64,000 bases of DNA from an uncultured Gammaproteobacteria bacterium (GCA_963742115.1 CAVUKQ010000004.1:582582-646581); one strand, 5' to 3'. Shown: positions 49,462 through 61,811, numbered from the stretch's first letter. The notes: generated by a model not told the origin, from the sequence alone. Translations and numbers: made by a program.

Positions 49462-49477
49462 TGCAAGATTGATGCCG
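49462..49477 (-). promoter_or_regulatory. Sigma54 -24/-12 promoter
   Basis: CGGCATCAATCTTGCA (GG-N10-GC). Confidence 0.55.
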
Positions 49478-49533
49478 CCCGGGCGCCGGTCCGTATGCCG
49501 GCGCGCCAAGTTGACGCGCGCACGAGACGAGCT

Positions 49534-49940
49534 TCAGCTCGCCGTCACTGCCCTCCACACCCGCTCCGACTCCGCATCCGCCGGAAAGAATGTCTCGACC
49601 CGCAGCTCCTGCAGCGTCACGTCGCGCGGTGTGCCGAGCGTCATGTACGTGCAGAAGAGCCGCATCTCGAAGTCGGCGGTGCGCACGTGGATCGGCAGCA
49701 GCAGCGCGGCCGCGTCGACGGCGACGGCGACGGCACCGGCGCCTTGCGCGAAGCTCGCGTGCCCGCGTAGCCCCGCAGCTCCGTGAGCAACGCCGCAGCC
49801 GCGTCGTCGCCGGTCGCGTGCTCGAGCTCGCGCTCCGTTCGCGCCAGCAAGTTGCGAGCGCAACCTGCTCCTGAACGTCGACGATGCAAGCGGCGCGCGC
49901 CGAGTCGCGACTGCAACGTGATTCAAGAGACGTTCATCGA
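49534..49940 (-). pseudogene. MmyB-like (XRE regulator) ligand-binding domain remnant
   Basis: LF.T..TLGTP.DVTLQELRVE.FFPAD; upstream part frameshifted, with a stop; HTH absent. Confidence 0.7.
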
Positions 49941-49984
49941 GCCGCGCCGAGCAGCGACGAATCGCACGATCGCGGCGATCAGCT

Positions 49985-50200
49985 GCTCGAACGTCGCGTG
50001 GCGCCGCGCGACTACACAGCAGCGCTCACGCGCGGCGGCGTGCCGGCCGACTTCGCGCGTCTCATCACGTATCTCTTCACCGAGCTCGTCGACGGCCGCA
50101 ACGCCGCGGTGGGCGACGGCGTCGAGCGCGCGCTCGGGCGCCGGCCGGCCGATTTTCGCGACTACGCGCGCGGGTGCGCCGCTCGCGGCGTGTGGCCGCC
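49985..50200 (+). pseudogene. NmrA/SDR-like protein, C-terminal remnant
   Basis: YLFTELVDGRNA.V.DGV.RALGR.P.DF.DYAR..AA.GVW; Rossmann N-terminus absent. Confidence 0.7.
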
Positions 50201-50213
50201 GCGCGTGCGCCGG

Positions 50214-53200
50214 TTACATCGCGCCGGTGAGGCTCAAGAACGTACCGTGATGATCGAAGCTTAGGTCGGTGAGGTCGTCCGAGAAGTCGGTGAAGTTGTA
50301 GCCGACACCGATCTTGAAGTGCGGGTTCAAGTAGCGCGATACGACGACGAGCGCGCCGCTGCGCTTGTCGGAAAGGTCCGGCATTTCGAGCACGCGCCCC
50401 TCGACGAGCCCTTCCCAGTTCTTCATGAAGCGGAAGTCGGTGCGAACGACGAAGAGGTCGGCCGTGTTGTCGAAGAACTCCGGGTTGTCGCGGCTCAAGC
50501 TCAGCTCGCCGCGGCGGTGCGCGTACTTGCCGCCGATCGACCAAGCCGGCGTGAGGTCGTAAGTCAGGTCGACCGCGCCGACGTGGCTCTTCTGGACGAA
50601 CTCGGCGGCCATGCTCCGCTGCGTGAGCTGATCCGTCGTCGGCACGTTGTAGAAGTACGTGTACTTGACCAGCGTGTTCAACCGGTCGTGGCGCACGGGC
50701 CGGAATGCGTAGCCGAGCACGGCCTCGGTGTAGCCGCCGTCGTAGAACATGCCGAGCGAGCTCACGCTCTCGGCGTGATTGAGCTTGCCGAGCAGGCGCG
50801 CCGCGTCGGAAAGCTGCCACTTGAAGTTGTTCCGCAGGAGCCACGTCTCGCGCGTGTTGAACGTGAGATCGGGCTGCTCGGTCTCGTCGGTGCGATACTC
50901 CACGCCGCTCGAGAGCTGCAGCGCGGTGAACCCGTAGCCGACGCGGAAGCCGGCGGCTTGGCGCTCGCGTCTCCGCTCCCGTCACCGCGTTGCGCAGCGT
51001 GCCGATGTCGGTGCTCGCACCGAGATTGAGCCGCTCCGTGGGCGCCAAGCTGATACCCGTCGAGTGCGTGAGACCCGACGAGAAGGCGGCGCTGCTCTGA
51101 TAGCGCTCCTCGAGATACACGCTGGTGCTGTCCGACAGACGCGTCTTGACGCCGGCGACGGTGTTGCCTTCGCTGCCGCGCGTGCCGAGCAAGCCGTTGT
51201 CGGTGCGCTCGTTCTCGAGCGCGTAGTTCAAGTACAACGTCGTACGATCGTTGTGCAGGTAGTTCGTGCGGACCTTGCCGCCGGCGCCCAAGTCGCCGTT
51301 CGACACCTCGGCGTCGATCTTCACGCGCTCCGCGATTCGGTACGAGCCGCCCGTGCCGACGCGACCGTTCTCCTCGCGATCGCCGTCGATCGACACCGTG
51401 TCTTGCACGAAGCCGTAGGTGCTCCAGCGGCGCTTGGAATCGTAGCCGACCTGAACGACGGCGTCGGTGCGCTCGCCCTGCTCTTGCGTCAGCGGCACGA
51501 TCGCTGAGTCGTCGCGGCGCTCGTCCATGCGCACGCCCGTGGCCACGCCCCAGTGATCGCTGAGCTCGTAGGCGACGTTGAGCTCCGTGCGCGCTGGCCG
51601 TGAGCCCGAGGTCCGCGCCGCGGTGGTCCGATTTTGCGCGCAACGAAAGGCGCTCGGTCATGGGCATCTGGAACGTGCCGCCGTAGTTCTCGGTGTCCGT
51701 CAGCGTCTGGAGGCCCGGCGCGGCGTAGCCGCCGTCCAAGCTCTGGGTATAGAGCGTGACCCGGCCGCGCGAGCGGTCGAAGAGGTCGCCGAGCCCGAGG
51801 CTCACGTCGGCGCGATAGCCGCCCGCCTCGGCGCTGGCGAACGACGCATCGTCGTACCCCGCGAAACCGAAGCCGCCGTCGTCGGAGTGCACGACGTTGC
51901 CGATGAGCCCTTCGGTCTGTGCGCCCTGCAACTTGAACCACGAATCGGAGCTGATGCGCACCGTCACGTCCTCGGCCTCGAGGCCGCTATCGACGTCACC
52001 CTCGTCGTTCGAGTTCGCCGTGAGGCCGACCTTCACGCGCTCGCCGAACCAGTAGTGGCCTTGCGCGCCGGTCGACAACGCGTCGATCTCGTCGAAGCCC
52101 GGCGTGTACTCGTAGCGCACGACGAGGTACGCCTCGTCGCCTTGCACGGCCCCGTCGCGCACGAGCAGGTCGTCCTCACGCGTCGCGTTGAGCGGCTCGG
52201 TGAGCAGCAGGCGGCCCTGCAGGTAATCGACGTCGTAGTCGATACCCGGCGTCAGACTGAGCGCGGCCGTGACGAGCCCGGACGCGCGATCGCGGTACTC
52301 GATGCGCACACGCTCGGAGCCGGCCAGGAGGTCCTGACGCTGCAAGAAGTACAGCGAGCCGCCCGTGCCGCGAAACTCCTCGCGGCTCGCGATCGTGCCC
52401 GGCTCGGCCGTGAAGCCGTCGAGCGCGAAGCGCCGCTCGCCGAAGCTCGTCGCGCGTTGCGACTCGTAATGCAGCTTCGCGCCGTAGAGCCCGCGGTCGA
52501 CTTGCGCGAGCTCGTTGTTCATGTAGTCGACCTGGAAGTTGCCCCACTCGCCGTAGCTTTCGTCGCGCCCGACCTTCGCGTAGAACTTGCCGAGCGTCGG
52601 CGCCATCTCCTCGACCGTGCCGTCGTCGCCGAACGTCGGGAAGTGGTAATCGGGATCGATGCGGCGAAACAGCGAGTCCGGCGATTTATCGAGGAAGTTG
52701 CTGAACAGATCCTCCAGCGGCCCGTCGCGCGTGTCGGCGCTCGCGGTCAGTCGCCAGTGCTCGTTGAACTTGCCGTTCACGAAGAACGCGAGCTGCGCGT
52801 CGGCCGAGGAGTCGAAGTCGTTGGGGCTGTTCTCGCCTTGCAGCAGCTCGATCGGACCGTTCGAGTCATTGCTCGTCAGGGTCAGATCGGCCATGCCGAC
52901 GTAGAACCAGTCCTTGCCCTCGAGCTCGATGTCGCGCAGGTACAGCTCGCCGTTGCCTTCCTCGTCGAGCACGGCCACTTCGACGGTGTGCACGCCCGAC
53001 GGCAGGATCTCCTGCGCGACGAAGCTGCCGTCGTCGGCGACGGGCACCGCGCGGCCTGCCACGTAGACGGTGTGACCCACCGGGATCGCGTTGCCGCGCA
53101 CGGTCACGGAGCCGCTCGCGAGCGGAATGTTGCGCAGTCCGAGCTCGTTCTCGCCGTACGCGACGCGCAGCGCACGATCCTGCGTCGCGGGCTCGACGAG

Positions 53201-55566
53201 CGCCGCATCCGCACCCGCGGCCGCATCCGCGCCACAGCCGCAGCCGCATCAGCCCCCGCGCGCATCCGCTCCGCATCCGCAGCGCCAGGCTCGGGCAGCT
53301 CCGCGTACGGCGCGCCGGCCGTCGTGAGCTCCGTCAGCAAGAACGCGTCGCCCTGGTCACCCGGTGGCTGGTCGGCGGACGGCGCGTCGGCGGGCGCCTG
53401 CTCGCGGATTCGGCGGCGGCTGCTCGGCGCGTGATTGCTCGGCCAGGGCACCGATCTCGCGATAGGCGATCCACAGCGGCCGGGGCACCGTCTCGTCGAA
53501 CGTGCCGCCGCTGCCGTACGCGCGCAGCACGTACTTGAGCTCGCGCGCCGGCGTCGCCAACGTATCGGGCTCCGGCAGCCACTCGCCGGAGCCGTCGGGA
53601 CCGAACACGACGACCGCGAGCGGCTCGGCCTCGAGCGACTGCTCGGGCGCGAAGATCCGCACCTCGGCGCGCTCGATGAAGTGCGAGTAGTTCGCGTACA
53701 TCGTGAAACGCACGGCTTCCGCATCCCAGCCGTCGTCGCCGCGGTAGAACGCGACCGTCGGCGGGTCGGCCGCGACCGCGAGCCGCCGATCGGCCTCGAG
53801 GCTGTCGAAGCCGAACTGGATGTCGGCCTGCTGCAGTGCGACGTCGGTGCAGCGCTGAATGTCCGCCGAGCTTCGGCCCGGATCGTCGAGCGGCTTGCCG
53901 TCGACGGTGATGCGCATCAGGTTCAGGCCGAACGCGTTCTTGGGCGTGAGCTCGCGCTTCAGCGGCGTGATCTCGACGCCGTCGTAGTCGTCGAGCTCGG
54001 CGATCTCGTCGTAGACGATTTGCACGACGACGTGCGACGTCTCACCTTGGATGAAGCCCGCGTTGACGACGTCGTCGGACTGCACGTAGCCGCGGCCCTC
54101 GAACTCGACTTGCTGCGGCGCGAGCTGCATCTCGGCCGCAATCGCTTCCATCGCGCGCCGCGCACGCGCGGCCGAGAGGCCGATATCGTCGCCGTAGACG
54201 AGCGTCGTGCGCCGCTCGAGGCGCTCGTTGCGCGTATAGCCGACGAAGCGCAAGCGCGCGTTCGTCTTGTCGGCGACCTCGGCGAGCCCGCGGCGCAGCT
54301 GCTCCGTGAGTCCGGCCGGCACGCTCGGCGCGCCGTTCGCGATCGCGATCTCCGGCAGCGCGCCCGACGGCGGATCGTAGACGCGCGTGACGAGCTCGTT
54401 GCCCGGCGCCGGGCAGAGCTGCGGCTCGTCGGGCAGATCCTGCAGCGGGTCGTCGTACCAGAACTCGACCTCCACGCGCCGATTGAGCGCGCGACCCTGC
54501 GCCGTCGCGTTCGAGCCGAGCGGCCGCGCCGTGCCGCGGCCGTCGCTCTCGACGGCCGACGTCGCGAGGCCCAACTCTTCCTGCACGGCCAGCGCGACGC
54601 GGCGCGCCTGCGCGCGCGAGAGGCCCACGTGATCGCCGTAGATGCGCTCGTTGCGTTCCGCCAGCGGCGCGTCGTCCGTGTAGCCGACGAACTTCACGAG
54701 CACGTTGTGCCGGTCGCTCAAGTTGGCGACCGCTTCGCGGATCTGCTCGACGTAGGCCGGAGCGACCTCCACGGCCTCGGCGCCGAAGCGCAGCGGTGCG
54801 ACGACGTTCTGCACGCGCGTGCGCCGCTCGTTGCCGTCGACGTAGCGCAGCCGGCAGACCTCTTCGATCCTGCAGACCTTGACGCGGCGGAACTCCTCCT
54901 CGACGAGCACCTCGTCGAGCGCCGTGCCTTGCTTGACCTCGTCGTACCAGACCTCGACCTCGACGCGCCGGTTCTGCGCGCGGCCGGCTTCGGTCTCGTT
55001 CGACGCGACGGGTTGCTGATCGCCGGCCCATTCATACGAGATGGCCTCGGCCGGCAGCGCTAGAGTCCCCTTCAAGAGCTCGGCGACCTCGCCGGCGCGC
55101 TCGCGCGACAAGCCTTCGTTGTCGCCGAACACCGCCGCCAGCGCCGGCGACAGCGGCTGCGTATCGGCATGGCCCACGAGGTGCAGCCGCACGTTGCGCC
55201 GGTCGCGCATCTTGTCGAGGATGCGGCGCAGCTCGAGCACCGTCGCGTCCGGGACCTCGGCGACGCCGACTTCGAAGCGGATCGGCGGCACGAGGCCCGT
55301 GAGCTTGACCGTCTCGAGCTTCTCCGCCGCGACCTCTTGCGCACTCGGAACCGATCGCCGGCTTGCGTGTTGACGACGGTCGGGTCGTGCACCCACTGCG
55401 AGGGTTTGATCTCGCCGGGCAGTTGGCGCTCCACGGCCTCGCCGCGCGCGGGCTCGCGAAACAATTGCGCCTCGGCGGCGCAGGCTCCGCTGAGCGCGAG
55501 CGCGAGCAGCGCGCGCGCCAGTCGTCGCTGTAGCGGCGTCAACGGTTTCGGCGTCAACGATTTCAT
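50214..55566 (-). CDS. Giant outer-membrane protein (about 1780 aa): tandem OmpA-like domains + C-terminal beta-barrel; at least 5 frameshifts
   Basis: Signal peptide at 55566 (ATGA overlap); GHAD..LS.ERA..NRRVEV, GYTD..LSR.QA..NRRVEV, third degenerate copy; alternating strands ending GYNFTDFSDDLT...FLSLTGAM. Confidence 0.75.
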
Positions 55567-58500
55567 TGGCGATCCCCCTTGCGCCGCTCGCGCGCATCGG
55601 TCGGCTCGCCGCGGCGCCAGAACACTTCGGGCTCGATCGCAAGCTCGTAGCTCGGATCGCCGTCCGTGGCTTGCCACGCCTCTTCGATCTGCCGGCGCAG
55701 CGCCTTCACGCGCGCATCGACGAGCTGCGGATCCTCGAGATCGGCGAGATACGAGAGGCGCAGCACGGCCGGAGAGGCGCGCAGCTCCGTCAAGAGCAGG
55801 TCGAGACGCGGCCGCCAGATCGGGCGAATCTCCGTGCTGCCGGGCTCGAACACGGCGTCCGCGAGATCGAGGCCGATGACGCGGTGGATCGAGGCGCCGA
55901 AGTTGAACTCGAGCGCCTTACCGCGCGTCGCGCGCTGCACTTGCAGGTTCTGCGTCGACGCCCGGTAACCGCTCGGCAGCGTGCGATCGTCGAGCTTCAG
56001 CACGAAGTTGCTGCCGCGGTCTTCGCGCGGCGTGATCGCGCACGTGATGTGGAAGCGGCCGAATTGGTCCGTCGTCGCGAGCAACCCGCGCGCCGTCGCG
56101 ACCCGGACTTGGGGAATGCCGCGCTCGCCTTCGTCCTGGAGGCCGTTGCGGTTCGCGTCGTCGAAGACCTTGCCGATGACGTCCGTGCAGTCGAGGGCCG
56201 GGTCCGGAACGATGCGCACGGTCGCGGACGCTTCGCCCGACAACGCGCGGCCGGTGAGCGCGCTCATCGCCTGCGCGCGGTTGACGAACTCGCCTTCGCT
56301 GACGCCGGAGCCGACGGCGAGCAGCAGCATCAGCGTGTGGCGCCGGTCGGGCGTCACGTCGAGACCCGTCCACGCGAGCTCGCGGCCCGCGACGACGGGC
56401 TCGCGCGGCTCGCCGTCGAGGCGCGCCGAGCCTTCGACGTAGCGGAAGCCCGCCGGGAAGCGATCGACGACGGTGACGTCGGTGAGGTTCACGGCGACGC
56501 CGTTCGCGACCGTGATCACGTACGGCACGAGCTGACCGCGCGCGACGTTCACCATCGGCGTCGTCTTCGTGATGATGACGGACTCGTCGAGGTCGAGATC
56601 GAGCGGAATGTGGTTGTTGAAGATCTGGCTCGAGCCCGGCACGAGGCTCGAGTCGAACGTCAGGTGCAGGTAGTAGCTCGTGCCGCTCGTGCGCGGCGCG
56701 ACGGACGCCGGCGGCTGGATCTCCGAGGGCGCCGCCTCGCAGTGCTGCGCCGTCGCCGGCACGGCGTCGTCGATCGACGCCGGGCACGACGGCACGACGA
56801 ACGCGGCCGTTCCCGCGGCCGACTGCGGCGGAATGATGTCGGACACGCCCGGCAAGTACGCCGCGGACGGCGGAGTCGCCTGCAGCAGATAGCTCCCGCC
56901 GCTCGGGCACGCTGGGTCGGCGAAGCTCAGATCGAACTTGTAGTAGCCGTCCGCGAGCGTGACCTGGCCCTGCTGGTTCTCGTCGTAGAAGCAGGCCGAC
57001 GGCAGCGCCGCGCCGCTCTCGGCGGCGAGCGTCACGGTGGCCCCCGCGATCGGCGCTCGCGACAGCGCGTCGTAGACGATGCCGTTCGGGTCGATCGGCA
57101 GATTCAAGTTCTGCAGATTGCTGCCCGACAGCACGACGATGTCCGTGATCCGTTGCAGATCGTTCGTGAAATCGGAATGCGCGCGGCCGAGCATCGCCGT
57201 CGTCGCGGTGGCGCCGGGTCGACGGAACTTGCAGCTCGTAGACATCGGTCGTCGCATAGTTCGGCTCGACGCCGCTCATGCGGTAGACGCCTTCGCGCGA
57301 CGTGCGCGCGGTGTAGGCGAGCGAGTCGTTGAGATACAGCTCGACCGTCCAGCCCTCGAGCGCGATCTCGTTCGCGTCGAACACGCGATCGAAGTCCGCG
57401 TCGTGCCAGACGCGCCCGTTGACGAACCCGGTGCCCGGGATGCCGCCGACGTCGATCGAGACGCTCGCGCTCGCTTGTCTGGGCGGGGTCGTTCCAGTAG
57501 ACGGTGCCGGTGTTCGTCACGCGCGTGCCGATCGGCCAAGTTCGCGTCCAGCACGGCGCGGAAGCGCAGTAGGATCGTGCGGCCCGGCTGCAGGGCGCCA
57601 TAGGTCGTCGAGTAGTCGGCGGTCAGCAGCGAGCCCGCGACCGTGATCCCGGTCGTCGCGCCGTTCAGCGACCACGACTGATCCACGAACGTGAGATACC
57701 CGGGCATCGGCACCGCGATGTCGTCGCGGATCACGACGGCGTACGCCGGCAGGGTGCCGATGTTCGTCGCTTGCACGACGTACTCGAGCGTCGCGCCCGC
57801 GAGCGCGGGCCCGCCGCCGACGACCGACGACGTTCTTCGTGATCTTGCAGCGTCTGCAAGTTGCCGACGACGACGACGGTCGGCTCGGGCCCGGTCGCGG
57901 GGTTGCCGTCGCCGTCGGTGAGTAGATTCGGCAGCTCGGCCGTGTCGACGAGCGGCCTGGTTCGCGATCACCGTGCCGGGCGGCACGCCGTCGTTGACGC
58001 GCAGATCGAACTGCACGATGGCCGTCTGGCCCGGCGACAGCGTGCCTGCGCCGGCGCCAGGGAGCGGCGGCGTCAGGTTCGACGAGCTCACGTCGACGCC
58101 CGCGACGAGCGGCGACACGCCGCCGTCGGGCCGGCCCACGGGCTGGCCGTTCAGCGTCATCGAGTCGGCGACGTAGGTCGTGTTCGCGGGCACCGACGTC
58201 GCGCAGCACGGCTTGCGTGATCGGCAGCAGCGCCGTTGTTGTAGATCCTGATCGTGTAGCGCAGCACGTCGCCCGCATCGACGATGCCGGGCGACGATCG
58301 AATCGACTTGCAGCGCCGCCGCCTTCTCGGCGTAGAGGCGCGGCACGACGGTGACGGTGTGCGCGTCCTCGTGGTCGACGGTGCCGACGGTGCCGTTGGT
58401 CAGCGTGCGCGTGTACGCGAGGCGCATCGGGTTCGAGCTCGGGCCGTTGTACCACTGCGTCGCGCCGGCCACGTTCGTCAGCGCGCCGCCGTACTGAAAC

Positions 58501-59571
58501 GGCGAGTCGAGCTGCGTGCGATACGTGACGATCAGGCGTTGGCCGCCCACGCCGATCACCGAGGCCGCGCTCAACGTCGTGAACGTGAGCTCGCACGCCG
58601 TGCCGTTGTAGGCGAGCGTGTAGTCGGTCCCTTGGACCAGAGGTCCCTTGCCCGTGATCGGCGTCACGCCGTCCGCCGCGAACACGCGCGCGCTCAGGAT
58701 TTGCGGCGTGGCGTCGCACATGCCGCCCGTCGGGCGGTTGGGCAGCCGATCGAGCAACGTGACGTTGAACGCGTCGGCGACGCCGAGGTTTTGCACGCTC
58801 AGCGCGAAGTCGCCGGGCTCGGCCGGATTCATCGTCGCCGGACCCGATTTGTCCATCGTGAGCACCGGCGTGCCGGGCGGCAGATTCGGCAACGTGAATT
58901 GCCCCACGAGGCCCGAGCTGTTGATCGTGCCGCCTTCGCGCGTGATGAACTCGGACACCGGATTGCCGTTGTTGAGGAAGCTCATCGACAACGTGTAATC
59001 GACGCCGCCGACGTTGAACGTCGTGGGCGTGGGCGATGCGGCGATCGTCACGCGGTCCGTGCACCCCTCTCCGGGCGGTGTCGGATAGGGACAGGGCATC
59101 TGGTTGTTCGGCGTTTCCACGTGGTTGAACGTGAAGGTGAAGGTCAACGGAGGGCGTGGGACGCCATCGACACTGATCACGAGCACGACGTCGAGCTGAA
59201 CCGAGGTCAACGATGGATCGTCGACCTCGAAATTCCGATGCGTGAATGTCCCGAGCGAGAAGAAAGGGATGGGCCCGGGCAACGTGAAAGGCGGCGGGGC
59301 CGTCGCGGTGAAGTCGTAGCCGCTCTGCGGCGTGCCCATCGTGTCGCCCCACCTGATGATCGAGGTCGGGTTGCCGTTCGTGATGACGGGATCGCCCGGC
59401 TGGCTTCCGGGGAGGTTGTCCGACCGGATCGCGCCAGCCTCCGGTAACGGATGAGTAAGTGATGTCGGCCGCCGACGCGCTCCGTGGCATGGCACAAACG
59501 GCAGCGAGCAGCGCGATGGCGAGCCATCCGCTGCTGCGTGAATCACTGCCGATCGTCCGGCCGAAAGACAT
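55563..59571 (-). CDS. Giant DUF11-repeat adhesin-like protein (about 1330 aa) with N-terminal choice-of-anchor-K-like domain and SdrD-B-like domains; about 10 frameshifts
   Basis: GAGGG RBS, signal peptide; IRWG..QSGY, FTHRNF, HVETPN..C; four K...Y.I...N...D.(L/V/F)P...N units; GRVWHDAD.D and GKVFDDANRNGLQD. Confidence 0.75.
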
Positions 59572-59643
59572 TCGCGTTTCCCTCTAAGTCCACCCATGTG
59601 CGATCGAAGTCACGGAAGGACCGAGGGACGCCCGCGAGGGGCT

Positions 59644-59752
59644 GTTCCGGCGGTCCCGCTGTCGTGGAGCGCGCTTCGTAGTCGAAGAAGGCGCTCGGTA
59701 GACCGGTGACTTTGCGTCGCCACCTTTCGGTGGTTTTGCCTTTGTCAGAATC
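59644..59752 (-). ncRNA. c-di-GMP-I (GEMM) riboswitch
   Basis: UUCUG-ACAAAG-GCAAAA-CCACC-GAAA-GGUGG-CGACGCAAAG-UCACCGGUCUAC...ACGACAGCGGGACCGC-CGGAA; P1, GAAA-capped P2 and P3 all pair; about 70 nt upstream of the DUF11 ATG. Confidence 0.9.
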
Positions 59753-59802
59753 GTTACGAAGCTTGTTCTAGATGCTCGTGCGGCACTCCGTTGCGCGTGT
59801 GC

Positions 59803-61238
59803 TCACGCGGCTGGCAGAAAGTCGATCGGATACACGATCGTGATCGCCGCGACATCCTTGGCGCCGAAGTCGAACGTGCGCACGCGCTCGAGCACCTGCG
59901 TGGCGAGAGCGGGCGCGTCCATGTCGCTCGACACGAGCTCGAGGAACGACACCGCGCCGCTCGGCTCGATCGTCAGGCGCAGCACCATCTGGCCGCGCAG
60001 CGTCGGAACGTTGCGCAGCTCGCGGTTGTAGAGCCGATAGAGCGACGCCTTGTAGCGGTCGAACACGATCTGAATCTCTTCGTCGGTGCGGCCCGCCGCC
60101 CCGCCGGCCCACGTGCGATCGCCCGTTCCCGCAGCGCCGCCCGGGCCCGTCCCGCCGCCGATCGTGTTTTGCACGCGACCTGCTTCGACGCCCGCGAGGC
60201 TGCCTCCGCCGCCGCCGTCGCCGCCGACTTGGCGGCTCAGCGACGCGAGATTGATGCCGCCGCTCGATCCGGGCGCGAGCGAGGTGACCATCGACCGCGA
60301 CGGCAGCCGGCTGTCTCCGGCACCGGCGTTGCTGACGCGGGCTGCCGAGCCGATCTGCGCGGCGGGTCTGCGCTCGGCGATCGTCGCCAAGCTTTCGCGG
60401 AACGCGAGAATGCCGGCCGCTTCCGCGCGCTGCCGCGGCGCCGGCTCGGGCGCCGGCGCGGGCGCGTCGACGGGCGGCGCCTCGGGCTTCGGCTCGTTCG
60501 CGAGCACGGGCTCGGGCGTCGGCTTCGGCTGTTCCGGCTTGATTTCCTCGACGGCCGGCGGAGGCGGCAAGGGCCGGCGGGGGCCGAGCTCGATGAATCG
60601 CACGACGCGCTCGGGCAGCTCGAGCGCCTCTTCGGGCGCGAGCCTGTGGAAGCGGGATCAGCGGCGTCACCACGCCGGCGACGAGCGCGATCAGCAGCGC
60701 CGTCGACAACGCCCGGCGGAAGCGCGAATCGTCCTCGCCGACGCGCGACCACGGCATGCGCTGCGGGCGGTTCTCGACCGGGCCGACCTCGCGCTCGACG
60801 ATCCATTCGCGGCGCCGCTCCTCTTCTTCCTCTTGAATCTCGAACAGGTCGCCCTCGAGCAGATGGAGGACCTCGTACCCCTGCTTGATGTCGTCGAGCA
60901 GCGCCTGACGCTTTTCTTCGATGACTTCGACTTGCTCCGTGAACGCACCGAGCCGTTGGCGAACTTCGCCGAGATGCCGGTCGGCCTCGCGCTCGTCCGC
61001 GCGCTCGCCCCAGAACATGCTCGAGACGCCGAGCGCGCGCAGCCGCTCGAGCGAATCGCAGACGTTCTGCACGAGCTCGTGCTGCTCGCGCTTCGGACGC
61101 AGCTCCGAGAGCTCCCCATCCACCACGCGCAGATGGTTCGTGAGACCGCCGAGCTTGGACTCGACGCGGTCGATCTGCTCGCGCAGCGGTTGCTCTGCGT
61201 CTGTGATGGGCTCTGTTGATAGCGATAGCGGTGTTCAC
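59803..61238 (-). CDS. AgmX/PglI (GltG-like) TonB-type energy transducer; +1 frameshifts near 61213 and 60644
   Basis: Coiled-coil N-terminus, single TM, PERVVR, Pro-rich linker, RTDEEIQ.VFD..K..LY.LY.R.LR..P.L.G...L.LTI.PSG.V...YP..F. Confidence 0.8.
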
Positions 61239-61268
61239 GTGTTCACCGTGTCGGTCTTGTCGACGCGC

Positions 61269-61811
61269 TCAGTCGTTGCTCGCGACGCTTTCCAACGCGA
61301 GGTCGGACGCCTTCTGCAGGACCGCGAGCGAAAGCTGCCCGTAGCCGGCCGCCGTCGACGTGGCCATGACCTTGCGCAGCAGCAAGAACGGCAACTCCTT
61401 GTCCGCCATGATCGTGACCTTGCGAGCCGCGATCCGCTCTTCCTCGGGGAGCGCCGCGAGCCGCACCATGTCGGTCGCGTCCGCTTCGAGCTCCGCCTGC
61501 AACGTCGGGATGACGGCGTCCTCGGCCGCTAGGATCTCGTCGATTCGCGCGATCGGTTTGCCGTGCACGATGACGTCCCGCTCGCCGACGATGACGACCA
61601 CGGTGTTCGTGAGGTCGGTCTCGGCGATCGACTCCGGCAGCTGCACGTCCTTGCTGTCCGGCACTACCGCGACTTGCTCCGTCGAGTAGACCAGCAGGAA
61701 GAACACGAGCACCGTCAGCATGTCGATCATCGCCACGAGGTTGATGACGACGGCCTTCGCCTTGCCCTTGTGATGGCGCACGATTCTCGAAGCGCGACCC
61801 ATGTAAATCAT
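61269..61811 (-). CDS. ExbD/TolR family (AglS-like)
   Basis: INLVAMIDMLTVLVFFLL with conserved Asp; VQLPES; IMADK.LPF.LL.KVM.T. Confidence 0.9.
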   Translation of the reverse strand: MIYMGRASRIVRHHKGKAKAVVINLVAMIDMLTVLVFFLLVYSTEQVAVVPDSKDVQLPESIAETDLTNTVVVIVGERDVIVHGKPIARIDEILAAEDAVIPTLQAELEADATDMVRLAALPEEERIAARKVTIMADKELPFLLLRKVMATSTAAGYGQLSLAVLQKASDLALESVASND

